Assembly: GCA_965113315.1 (NCBI GenBank)
Contig: OZ220372.1
Direction: 5' to 3' (one strand)
DNA from: Podarcis vaucheri
Lineage: Eukaryota
DNA length: 64,000 bases
In this document: positions 24,571-36,525 of the stretch, piece by piece
How the letters are laid out: each line of letters starts with the position of its first letter
Position numbering within the stretch: the first letter of the stretch is position 1
Position numbers and translations under genes: made by a program
The notes under the pieces: model-generated
The model's database searches: none
The model's input: only the letters and a program-made list of their open reading frames with translations
Told to the model about the DNA's origin: nothing

Positions 24571-27500
24571 GTGTTTTTGGATAACAAGATCAGGGTGTCA
24601 AAAGGGCTGATGTTAGACAACAAGGGCAGTAGCAAGAAGGATCAGGGGAGGGTAAGCGTACTAGATATACTTTTGATTTTATTTTGCACTTTTACAAAAG
24701 GGTGTTGAGAAAATTAGAGAGGACATAACGATGAGCAACCAACCATATAAAGACTTATGAACAAGATTTCTTGTAATAAGAAGGCAATTTTAAGGTAATA
24801 CAATGTTAGATGGTTGAAATGAAGGCTGATAAAGTGCATTTGATGGGATTTATGAGAACCCTCATGAAAGAAAGCATGGTGAAAAGGCTTTGTGTCCATG
24901 CCTCAATTGTCAAATCATGCCAACTGTTTATTAGAGTCAAAAGAACTTTTCCAAGGAGATCACAGATGGTACACTGCTCTGCCACTACCTGACTAGCTGA
25001 AGAGCAATACCAGGTTATTTCAGAAATGTACCTATTAGCATGTGGGTGGCTGGGTAACAACATCTGTCAATTATTTCTATTTTAATCATATTAAATAATT
25101 AAAATCCTGCCCTTCCTTCAAATAGTGCAGGGTGGCATATCTAGGATAATCCCAATTTCATCTCTCCAAGAGTAGGCCATCTAGCAAGCTTCATGGCTGA
25201 GTAAGGATGTGAAGTACAAATCTAACACTCAACTCATTCTACCACACTAGCTTTACTACCCACAATGAAAGGGTTCTGCTTGGAAAAGAGATGCCATCTT
25301 TAGATGCCCAAAATCACACATGCACAGCAAGAGAGCAGGAGGGGGTGAGGTGACAGCCAAAGAAGCAGAGTAGTCTGAACAAAAAAATGAGGTACAAAAC
25401 CTCAGAAGAGATCTGAACACACTTCAGTAAGGTGGGGTTATGGTCAGATTTGAACATGGGGAGTGAGGCTCTGGCATGGGTTTTACGTAGAAGATCCAGA
25501 ATAACAACCTGCTGTGTAGGAGGGATGTTAGAAAATGGCTTTTCCTTGCAGAAGAAGTGGGTGAAGAAGACCCTTGAACAATGTCAGAGAAAGACACACA
25601 TATCAAAATGGTGGATGTTACTAACATCCCAGGAGAAGGAAGGGAGAGAAACATGGGACAGTTTTCAGAGGAGAGAGAGGAAAAAAAATAAAGACAGACA
25701 ATCTAAGGAAAGGGGTAGCCTGGTGTTTCAAACATATAATCTCAAACATGTAATCTCTAGCTATCAATACATGTTCTAATTAAGGAAACTATTAACACCC
25801 TTTTCCTCCCCACCCACCACCAGCCCCCAAACCTCCCCCAACATGAGTCCCTTTCTTAGCACACACATAGAACATCCAGATAAACTTCCCAAACTGGCAA
25901 AAGCAACCACTGAAACAACTTCAAACACCACAGACCAAGGAAAACCACAACTCATAAGTCAATTCCCCCTTCCCCATGCCTTTGCTTAATATGGAAATAC
26001 TGTACATATAAAAAAATTACCCTCTTCCCCCAACCTGAATATAGCTGCTGTAATTAGCTCCTGTACATATGTACACTTATATTTACATATAACCGCAATC
26101 AAATAAGCGGATGATATATATGGCACAACATGAATACATAACATTAAAAACAATGTCAGGAAATGTTGCATTGTTTCTGCTTTGATAAAATGCTTTATTG
26201 TGACTAAAAAGAGTCAAAAATGTTTGCTGAAATATATTGATTTTGATGTTTGAGATGTGTCCATACATACTCAAGCTTTTTGCTGAAGTTATGTGAGACC
26301 TACATATATATTATTCAGCTTTTTAGTATGTGGTATGTGTGTGTGTACACACAAACACCAGTGTTTATGAAAAAAATGCAGTTAACTCAGTATGGAATAG
26401 GTCGGACCTTCCAAGAACTTAACTGTGGTATTCATTACAACCACTTGTGATAGGTTAAATAAATTAAATTATGAATAACTGATAACACAGATTTTATCTT
26501 GAGCCCAGTTCAGATGATTGAATTGGCATGATGGGCTTGCTGACCAAATGGATCCAGCTCAGTCTGACATGTGGTCAAATTGTTGCATACCCCACAGCTT
26601 CGCAGATGACATGACATGTGAGCTGGGTATGGTATTAAGCTTTACCATGGGCAGACCAGAGCCTGGATCCACTCACTCCACCAACTCATCACGGAGGAGG
26701 GCAATTTAATTTGAAGCTTATGGGGGTGCCCTTTGTCTATGCCCCTCCTTGGCTCACTGGTCTATCACCAAGCTGGTCTGGTTGTGTGAAGTGATCTTCA
26801 ATCTTCATAGCACTGCTTTGTTGTTTTTAACTGGACTTTGCTAACAGAGAATATTCTAATTTTGTCAAGATGTACTCTACACTAATTCACATTATTGTCA
26901 GCAATAAAGGGAATTTGGTAACATTCAGAGGCTGGAAAGGGCGGGCCTTCAAAGCATTTAAAATAAAAGTTTTTAAAATGTGGTGGTTTAGTTTGAAGTT
27001 TGTCTGGATGGGTGCCAGAAATGAAAACCCATCCATAATGAAAATGATGCTATATGTCTGGATCTATAACTGGCGGTTATAACCCTAACCAACTTTTCCA
27101 GTGGTGAGGGTGTAGGGAATATTAAGAACAGAATTATGGCTTGGAAGCCTATTTGGCTACAAACTGGAAATAAGCCCTTGGGGGACAAAGCTAGTGTCCC
27201 ACTAATTACTTTCTTCATATTCGAGCAGCGTCCAGAAGTAGAGTGGACGTTTTCCACTTGGACAGACCTGGTATGTTCAGTATGTAATTGTAGGGAAGCA
27301 CTTATGGAAGAGGATGCAAAATGCAAGCTTGAGGGGTTGAGGTCCTCTTCTATTGTTGCCAGGAACTTCAGGGCCCGATCTTTCAGGTAGCTTCATGCGC
27401 ATATATCTGATGGATGTGATGGAATGAAACCAACACAAGCCCCATTTGGGAGCAGGTGGGCAATATGGAGTACAATCATGAATATGGGCTGCCAGCTCTT

Positions 27501-28576
27501 TTGGACAAGAAGGGATACGGCCATGCTTCATCTAAGCAAACTCATGAGGCATACATGTTTGTTCTGACAACATCCTGGAACAAAATAGTTCCTCTGTGCA
27601 ACTAGCCTCTGATTATCCTAACTATGACTGTATTTAGGAATGATGTAGATTTTTATTAAAGGAATTTGAAGAAGAATTCCCAGTGGCAGGAAGTGAGTTG
27701 TAAGAAACTGCCGGAATACCTGTGCCCAAATTGGGATTGTGTTGGATTTTGGCAAGTATGAGAGATACTAGTTGATTTACATGTGCAAGGGAGTATGGGG
27801 TGGGGATGGAGAGGGACAGTATACTTTTAAAAACCTGTAGATTAGTGCTGATGCAGGGACAACCCATTTTCTTTGATATGTTTGTGTCATGCATAATACC
27901 CCACTCACCAAATTTATGGAGCACCACACATTATGGCAGGATATAACATAACATAACATGGTGTATTGCTACATTGGCAGACATACCACCTCCATTAAAG
28001 AATGCCAGAATAAGTGGTCCGGCAGCATGCCATACTAATGTCTAACAGCATGGGAAGTCTGCCATTCCTCCACCCCACCCCATCTTTTCCTCCTTTATAC
28101 CATAACATTTATTACATACATATTGCCATGGCTCCAGAAGTATGAGCATTTAGAAAGTATTTCAATATATCCTCCCAAAAGACATTAATGGCAAGATATG
28201 CCAGACTGAAAAAAAACCATACCAGTTACATTATGTATGTTCAGGTACAGAACCACTCACCCATGCAAAACAAACACCCTTAGTTCATGGTGGGGGGGGG
28301 GAATCAATGTTATGAAATGACAGAAATATTAGGAACATACCCCATTTTTCTAAGAGGAAGAAGAAACTGGGTTTCTGAGCTGATAAACATTCACTTTTGT
28401 TGGCCTCTCGTACAAAGTCTCATGTATTTTTTGGCAAGTTAAGCAACCAACATCACAGCCTCCATTCTAGCATAAACAGCACCTGCTGCTAAAATTTCCT
28501 GTTATGTTCACTCGATTATTTTTAGTGAAATAACACTCAGAATTTTAAATTACAAAATTGTAATCAGTGTTCCAAG

Positions 28577-28578
<2 letters not shown>

Positions 28579-28620
<42 letters not shown>
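28579..28620. repeat. (GT)n microsatellite in the putative 3' UTR
   Basis: Seen directly. Confidence 0.95.
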
Positions 28621-28621
<1 letters not shown>

Positions 28622-31600
28622 CCAACCAACCCTTTCCCTCTTGGTCAAATTTCAAGGGAAAGAAAAATGTATGTTTCAAATGAAAGAGAAGGGGAAAGAA
28701 AGCCAGAGGCTCATTTCATGTGTCAAGGCAATACACAAGACACCTGCAAATGTATTGTTGTTGAAAGTCCTCCAACATTTCCTGTTATCCTTAAGCAGAC
28801 AATTTTCACACTCTGTGCACACAAATTAAAATTTGTAAAGCACTTTAATATTATCAAACCTAAACACTATAAATGTAAACATGTCATTCAACGTTTAAAT
28901 TGAGCTAGGGTCAGAGAAAAAGGTTATAAGAAAATGTGAACCATAGTGAACCGTCATCCAAAACAAAGATCTGGAATCATTCTGAGAGTTCAGTTAGCAT
29001 CTTTTTGGTTTGTTTTTCAGTTTAATTTTCTCCGAAGTACCATTCTCAACTGCATTTGGTTTCAGCTGAGGGATGGGAATACTGACATAGCTGCCAAAGG
29101 CAGGCTTAATCAGTAGGATCAAACCCAGCTGCTTAATAAACCTTAAGAAGTACTAGTAAACTGAGATTTCCCAGTCCCAAGGTTTCCAAGCCAACATTAA
29201 CTTTGGAGAAGTCCCTGTAGTGTTGGGTGATGATCTAAACTGAACATTCAAAATGATGGTTTGCTTCATCACCAAGGGAAAACAGCACAATGCCCAGGAC
29301 CCAGGTTCCAGAGAAGGGTTATGGTATGGAGTTTAGAATCAAGCAAGGGAGATATAGTGTGCTTCCATTAGAACATGAAAGCCCTGCTAGCAAGGCTAGA
29401 GGTGATCTAATATATTTTCGAACCATGAAGAAAAAAGGTGGCAGGTGTGTAGATAGAGGTATTCAATGCATGCAGTTTTCTCTCCTTCTCCCCCATTTTT
29501 AACAGCCTGGGCCCACATCAAACAACTTCCAGACACATCGCCTGAAAGTTGCAGGGGTGGGAGGACAACCTAAAATCCCTCTTCTCTCCAAACCTGAATA
29601 TTCACAAGAAGAGAAGCACTTGTTTGTACAAAATGTAATAGAAAAGAAAACCATATTTACAAATGAAATGAATGCCTTCTCAACTGCTCTTGTCAGAGGG
29701 TTCACTCCATGTTCTGCAGACTGCTAAGCAAGCATTACTTTCTTTACAGGAGAAAGAAGAGAGGAACAAAAAGGCGTTCTACTCCTCCAACCATAGAGAG
29801 GGCATCCCTCCTTCCATAACTTGCTTAGTAAATCCAGAGGAGGTGGGGGAATCCGATTTCACAAAATGTTCAGGCCCTTCCTCCTGGCCTCTGCCTACCA
29901 AAAAAACAAGGCCTTCAGTTGGCTTAAATGCAAGAAAGGTATTAAGATAGAGCCAAGTAGGGTATGGTTGGAAGGATACACGAGAAGAGAATTAGCTGCA
30001 GGAAATGTGGCTCGAAAAAGAATGGCTGCTTCCAAAGCTCAGGGCCTGTGCCTGTCCATGCGTTCAGTTCTACTGCAATGTGCCCAAGATAGCCGAAGAG
30101 CACTTTTCACAGTCCTTTCCAGTTAGGAAAGCAGAACAACAGACCCATGAAAAAGTGAGGTGCTTTGCCACATTTTTGGGAAGCAACAATGGACCTGTTG
30201 CCCTTACCTGAGGGTTCCTGCTGTAAACGAAACAATATCGCTTCTAACAAGTGTCTCATTTTAACTTGCATTTACAGTTATTCCTCCTTGGTAGCCAAAC
30301 TGCTGTTATCAGTACTATATGCACTGAGGACAGGGCCAGAACAACTCTCAAGATGCTAAGTGATACCGCTTTTGCACTTTTGAACCTGCCGGTCCCCTTC
30401 ACAACAATATTCCCCACATCTTTCCAACTCTGCTCTCCAGTCGTCACCACAGCATCTGTACGATCTGATGATTCATCTCCTCATGCCCTGTGGAAGACAA
30501 GCTGTGTATTTCCACAACACTATAATTATCAAATATAAGAATATATTCAATAAATACACATATACACATGTCTGAGTTGTGCTGGCCCTATTCCCACCAC
30601 CACCACCGCCGCCTTCTTCCACTTTCTACTCAGAGGAAATACAACATCAGCAGAGAAAGCCTTTCCATTATTCATCTTGCTCGTGTTGCATGATATGCTA
30701 GAGGAGGGAGCAATGGCTGAGCCTTCTCCCTGCCAAATTAAATTCATCAGAACAACTGTGGAGCTTGAGTTGCCAGCCCTGCTCATCTTTTCATTCACTG
30801 ACCTTTATGTTCCCTTGCATTGGAAAGGTTTGCTCTGCTGGGTTTGTCTACTAAATATCGTAGCGATAAGAAACTCATGTTGTTACGATGGTTCATGTCA
30901 ATTAATTTTCACATTTAAGCTTGTGCATAAACCAACCCATATTTGATATTTCACCATTTCAAAATTAACAAGTTGTTCATGAGTAGCACAAAACCTGCAA
31001 CCAAACCTCCCCTGGGACCCCAACATTTGAATTTTCCCAAGACTTTTGCTGAAAGTTTCACTGGCATTCGCTTTTATCATTCCAATTCGTCTTTCAGAAG
31101 TGACCTCACTGGGTTACTGTTGACTGGACCACTGGCTAGATCTGCATACATATCAAACATCCCCTCCCCCTGGTAAATATACCAAGATTTCAATACATTT
31201 TTATCTTCAGTATATATATATATGTATATGTATATATGCAACTCCATATTTCAGCCTTTAACCCACAGAGTCTTCACAAAAGAACTGAATGATTTTTTTG
31301 CATGTAATCAACATAAAATGCATTAAGTTGATCCCACACTATTCACGTCCCATCAATTTTGCTTAAAAGTACATATGTAAGAAGACCTGTATCTTCTTCA
31401 TGCCCATTCTATCTCTTCCATTCTCCGCCTCAGGCCACCTTCTCGTATCTGTACTAACCATCACAGTTTGGCGCCGAGAAAACCCCAAACTCTGCGGCTA
31501 TTGCTCCCACTCGTATGCTGGCCTCTCCTCAACCATGCCTTTGCCTTTCCCAACTGTGAAAACACAAGCTAAGCTACTAAGCTCTGACATGTGATGGCCA

Positions 31601-31831
31601 GGAATGGAACTGTGAGTGGAGAAATGAAAAGAGATCATCGGGGATGGGGGATCTGGGGAAAGAAAGAGGTGGCACTTCGCATCAGCGCTGCCTAAGCAGA
31701 ACTCCAATACTCCACAAAGAAAAAAAGAGTAGCAGAAGAGTAGCAAATGGGAACTAGGTCTGAACCCACCACCTGCCCCTCCCACACGTTGCATTTCCAG
31801 CACCATCCCCTCCCATGCTTTTCCCCATCAC

Positions 31832-33730
31832 TCAGACATCAGACTCAATACTGGAAAGTTTCTCATAAACNNNNNNNNNNNNNNNNNNNNNNNNNNNNNN
31901 NNNNNNNNNNNNNNNNNNNNNNNNNNNNNNNNNNNNNNNNNNNNNNNNNNNNNNNNNNNNNNNNNNNNNNNNNNNNNNNNNNNNNNNNNNNNNNNNNNNN
32001 NNNNNNNNNNNNNNNNNNNNNNNNNNGAAGTCTGGCCTGGCCTTGGGCCCTCCTGCCACCACAGGCTGCCTGAAGAAATAGGATTTGCTGCCGTGGAGCA
32101 AGCACTGGTCATCCCCAAAAGTGGGGATGAAAGGGTTTTGAGTGACCCGGTCGGGGTAGAGCGACTTGCTGAGCATATAACCACCACTAATGCCAGGATT
32201 GTTGTGGTGGTGGTGGCTGGTGGCGGGCACTGAGGACTTGTTGTTGGCAAAAGTGGACTCGCTGGCTGGCATCTCAAACATGTGGGCATAGGGGCTTCCC
32301 TCCAAAAAGCGGCCCTTGTCCTTCAGGCTGACGCTGCGAGGGGCCAGGGCGGCGTCTTCCTTCTGCAGATCCACAAAGGTGTCGTAGGAGTGCTGCCGGC
32401 GTAGCTTGTTGCGATTCTTCTTCTGCACCTTGGAGGCAGAGTTGGAAGGGCTCTGAGGATACTTGGTAGTGGAGGTGCTGGTTGCCACGGGCACAGGAGC
32501 AGATGGCTGATCCAGCTCTTGGAGGGAGTTGTCCTCACTGATGTCGTAGAGGTTTCCGGCCTTCTTGCAGGCTTCACACCGGATGCATGGCTGGCGGGTG
32601 GAATTCTGCCCCACCACGGTCGGAGTGTAGTTATGCAGCTTCGATGGGCAACTGCGGCAATAGTTAGCGCCAGGGCGTTCCTCCCAATCGAGATTGGTGA
32701 GGTTTTTCTCCCATGGCGCTGGTACCCCACTCACAACACTGTGCTTGTGCTCATTGTTTGCTCCAAACTCCCCCGACCCGTGTTTGTGGTGGGTCCTGTT
32801 AGTACATGTCCCTGCTCCCCCTATAGTGTCACGCTTGAAGTCATCTCCCCGCTCTTTATAAATATCCGTCAGATCCACATGTTCCCAGTGCGGTGAGTTC
32901 TCCTTAGCCCGGAACTGGTCCAAATAGAAATCCCGTAGCCCTTCCTTGTCCCTAAAGTAGCGCTTGTGGTCAGGGGAACGGGGACGCCGGCGATAGGCCA
33001 GTTCAATCTCATCAAACTCTCTCCGTGACTTGGCCGAGGCTGGCCGCTTCTTTAGACTATCTTTATACTGCTGTTTTCGCCGCTTTGCAGCGTTGCCCTC
33101 AATGTTGCCATAAGTCACGGTATGAGTCGATATGTCCGAGACATCTGAACGGATCAAATCGTCGTGTGCCCCTCCACCGCTGTATCGGTCACTCTTGAAA
33201 GACAACTTGCCATAAAGGTCACCTAACTGGCCATGTTTGGCCGGCGGCAAACCGATATCTAATGGCTTCTTACTGAGAGATCGAGGCTGTGCGGAGAAGG
33301 GGGGATTATCACAGTCATATAGTCCATCGATGGAGCTGGCGCTCCCTATGCTATGGGGGCGATGGTGGTGATGATAATGGTCTTGGTAAACATTGCTTTC
33401 TTTCAGCTGCAGATTACCAAAGGTCCTTTCCACCTCACTAATATAATCACTGAAGAGGTTTTCCTCGCAGGGGGGGTTGTTATAAGACTTGCAGTCGGAG
33501 TGAGTGAAGCTACGGCGGTGCTCAGAGATATCGTAGACAGAGGATTCGCGACGGATAAAATCCAGGGCACTTTGTGGTGAGCCATTGACACCTGAAAGGT
33601 TTGCCATGTTCTTTGCTGTTCGGAGCAGGCGCAAAATGTTGGAATGGGTATTGTTCATGGTGGCAGTGGGGGAGTTCATGGAAGAATGGCGGTCCTCGAT
33701 AGCCACTCCATGGATGCAGCTGTAAATACC
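31832..33730 (-). CDS. GRIN2B: GRIN2B last coding exon (1899 nt including stop), intracellular C-terminal domain GIYSCIHG...[11 protein letters not shown]
   Basis: Lies in ORF 31832..33736(-). Acceptor ttgcag|GGT at 33730 and TGA at 31834-31832. Contains the RRQHSYD CaMKII site, the YEKL AP-2 motif and the ESDV PDZ ligand. 156 N at 31871-32026 keep the frame. Confidence 0.98.
   Translation of the reverse strand, partial: GIYSCIHGVAIEDRHSSMNSPTATMNNTHSNILRLLRTAKNMANLSGVNGSPQSALDFIRRESSVYDISEHRRSFTHSDCKSYNNPPCEENLFSDYISEVERTFGNLQLKESNVYQDHYHHHHRPHSIGSASSIDGLYDCDNPPFSAQPRSLSKKPLDIGLPPAKHGQLGDLYGKLSFKSDRYSGGGAHDDLIRSDVSDISTHTVTYGNIEGNAAKRRKQQYKDSLKKRPASAKSRREFDEIELAYRRRPRSPDHKRYFRDKEGLRDFYLDQFRAKENSPHWEHVDLTDIYKERGDDFKRDTIGGAGTCTNRTHHKHGSGEFGANNEHKHSVVSGVPAPWEKNLTNLDWEERPGANYCRSCPSKLHNYTPTVVGQNSTRQPCIRCEACKKAGNLYDISEDNSLQELDQPSAPVPVATSTSTTKYPQSPSNSASKVQKKNRNKLRRQHSYDTFVDLQKEDAALAPRSVSLKDKGRFLEGSPYAHMFEMPASESTFANNKSSVPATSHHHHNNPGISGGYMLSKSLYPDRVTQNPFIPTFGDDQCLLHGSKSYFFRQPVVAGGPKARPDFXXXXXXXXXXXXXXXXXXXXXXXXXXXXXXXXXXXXXXXXXXXXXXXXXXXXVYEKLSSIESDV
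31871..32026. other. Run of 156 N inside the GRIN2B last exon (52 codons, frame preserved)
   Basis: Seen directly, between codons for ARPDF and VYEKL. Confidence 1.
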
Positions 33731-34743
33731 CTGCAATGGGGGAAAGCAAAGGGAGGTTAGCAGAGGAGCCTTCCAGCAGGGGAGCGGCAGAGCTTGGAGG
33801 ACTGAGACAAAAAACCTTGTCCTTTGCTAAATAGGATCCTCAGTGGGATATCGTTGGGAGATGAGACAATCTAGACACTCTCATAATGGTTCTTCCACTT
33901 TTAATCTTCCTCCACCTTTGCCCCTCTATCCCTTGCCCTTTCATTATTAAACTGAAATAAATCTAAAAATTTATTCAGACCTTTATTGAAGTGGGGGTTT
34001 TTAAAGACATGGTTGCAGATGTTTCTTACAGATCAGATGCTCAGCAGTGCTGTGGTCAGGAGTACCGTCTTAAGGGTTACACCTTATGCACTAGCTGCAG
34101 GATTTGATCACTGTTTTCCAATGCTCTGGTAAGCGCTTCAGACAGTTTGTAATCATGCACATGAGATTATTCTGAATCTCCAAATACTGCAGATAGGCCA
34201 TTAGACAAGCCTTTGATCCACAGCACCTGTTTACATTTAGTTTCTAGGCGTGATTCAAGGTGATACTTCTTACTTAGAATACGCTAAAAGAGTTGCAAAT
34301 ATTCTTTAGTTTGCAGATCTTGGAAACAGGTTTGAGTAAACATATAACCAGTCTGATATTTGAGACTGTCAGGACATGACTTTTAGAGGTACAACATATT
34401 GGTTCACTTGGCACAGTTTCCTGACCCTCTGCATAGCCTCTAGCCATTGTTATTCATCTTGATTACAGACTCTGACCCACAATTGCTGTATGAGTTCCAG
34501 CTCTTTCTCCCTAGTCCTGATAAAGAATTGTATAAATTAGGAAGTTATACAAAATAGATTTTTCCAACCAGAATTATGCTGTCTTAATACTTTGTCTGAG
34601 TTTGACTTTTCTGGTCAAAGAATTCCACATTTTAAAAGCATCCTAAAAATGGATCAGAGTTTTACAATCAAGAGCCTAGTCTGTTAAGCAAAGAAAGTAA
34701 TGATGAAAAAATCCACATTTTAACAATGAACATTTACATTGTT

Positions 34744-34959
34744 ATTCCACCTAAACATTAGGAAGAACTTCCTGACAGTAAGAGCTGTTCGACAATGGAA
34801 TTTGCTGCCAAGGAGTGTGGTGGAGTCTCCTCCTTTGGAGGTCTTTAAGCAGAGGCTTGACAACCATATGTCAGGAGTGCTCTGATGGTGTTTCCTGCTT
34901 GGCAGGGGGTTGGACTCGATGGCCCTTGTGGTCTCTTCCAACTCTATGATTCTATGATT
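34744..34959 (+). mobile_element. Well-preserved CR1 LINE 3' end
   Basis: FHLNIRKNFLTVRAVRQWN...SPPLEVFKQRLD ORF2 end, plus the tail ggtctcttccaactctatgattctatgatt. Confidence 0.9.
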
Positions 34960-35366
34960 GTCACCTCCAAATCATATTTAATCCTAGGAAGACTCAAACT
35001 GATGAATTTATTAAGTGAAAGTCAGCTTATGCAGGAGCATCTGATTCCTTAGTGCAGCATCACACAATGTAATAATATTGGCTGGGATCTGTCAATGCAG
35101 CCTTGTGCAGTTCATAATCTCTAACTGGACAGAGAAATGAACTTTCTTGTATGTTTTCCACAGCTCACAAATTGGAGTGATAACTAGTAGCAGGGTGCCC
35201 TGGCTATGGAATGGCACCCCCCAGGAAGTGCTGCTTGCCCCTTGATTGTTTAGTTTTTGCTAGTTTGAAGACTCATCTCTTTCAGCAAGCATTTGGAAAT
35301 AATTGGATTTTTCAGGCTCTGATCTAATGATAGCTGCTGTTTTAATGTTTTTAATGTAGTAATATA

Positions 35367-35368
<2 letters not shown>

Positions 35369-35442
<74 letters not shown>
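35369..35442. repeat. (TG)n(AG)n compound microsatellite
   Basis: Seen directly. Confidence 0.95.
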
Positions 35443-35445
<3 letters not shown>

Positions 35446-36144
35446 ATTTGTTGTGTAGCTATTGTATGCTGCCCTGAGATTGGTACTGCTGAAGGGGGGA
35501 TTAAAAAAACTACTAAATAAATAATAATATTTGAAATAATGAAAGGGAAAGAATTTTGGAATTCAAGGAAATTCATACAGAAATTATTTGCGAGAGAGAA
35601 AGCTTCTGATCTAAGTGTCCTTTGTTTCCGTCAGTAAAATCTGCTCAGAAACATGGGGGGGAGGGGAGTTACCTAAAAGTCAGAGTTCTACACAATGTTC
35701 TGCTCAAAAAACAACAAAAAACCCTTCTTGTTTTGAGTCTTTCATTAAGCTTCTCCAAGACATTTACTCTGAAGCAAAGGCCACTCCCCCACCCCTGAAC
35801 CAACACTTTAAAAAGTCTTGCTGTACCATTCAGAGACCAGGTCCTGCCTTCATCCAAGCACCTCTTATAGTGCTGCTTCAAACAGGTGGCTTCCACCTGC
35901 TGTATAGCAAGGATGCTCTTGTTCTTTCAGATAAATTACCAAGAATTACAGAAAACGTATTCACACCTTGTTAAAGAAGAGGCTGAGGCCACTGTCCCAA
36001 GAATTTAGATTCTCCCAACCTTTCAAAGTTCCATTTTCCTTTCCCATATTTTCTCTCTTAAGGCCAAATGCCTCTTACATAGAGGCCAGAAATGACAGCC
36101 ATAGGCACAAGGGGAAGTAATGAGAAAGGCTAGTTTAAGGTCTA

Positions 36145-36525
<381 letters not shown>

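Larger units (their letters stand above)
6235..31831 (-). other. GRIN2B: Putative very long GRIN2B 3' UTR (~25.6 kb)
   Basis: Directly follows the stop codon with no further coding exons. Long stretches lack recognisable TEs. Minus-strand AATAAA at 6256-6261 and 6360-6365 lie near UGUAAAUA motifs. Mammalian GRIN2B is known to have an exceptionally long 3' UTR. The end point is inferred. Confidence 0.55.

Noticed and set aside
9069-24837. Single miRNA seed matches on the mRNA strand (miR-9 15140-15147, miR-137 19015-19022, miR-128 21459-21466, miR-17 24830-24837, miR-223 9069-9075)
   Set aside because: About one hit per 7-8-mer is expected by chance in 25 kb, so they are uninformative without conservation data.
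1-31800. Dozens of 60-165 aa ORFs in the track
   Set aside because: No recognisable domains or exon structure. Many start at non-ATG codons or run through microsatellites, N runs or TEs.
31747-33749. Overlapping antisense and alternative-frame ORFs in the last GRIN2B exon
   Set aside because: Expected by-products of a GC-rich coding exon.
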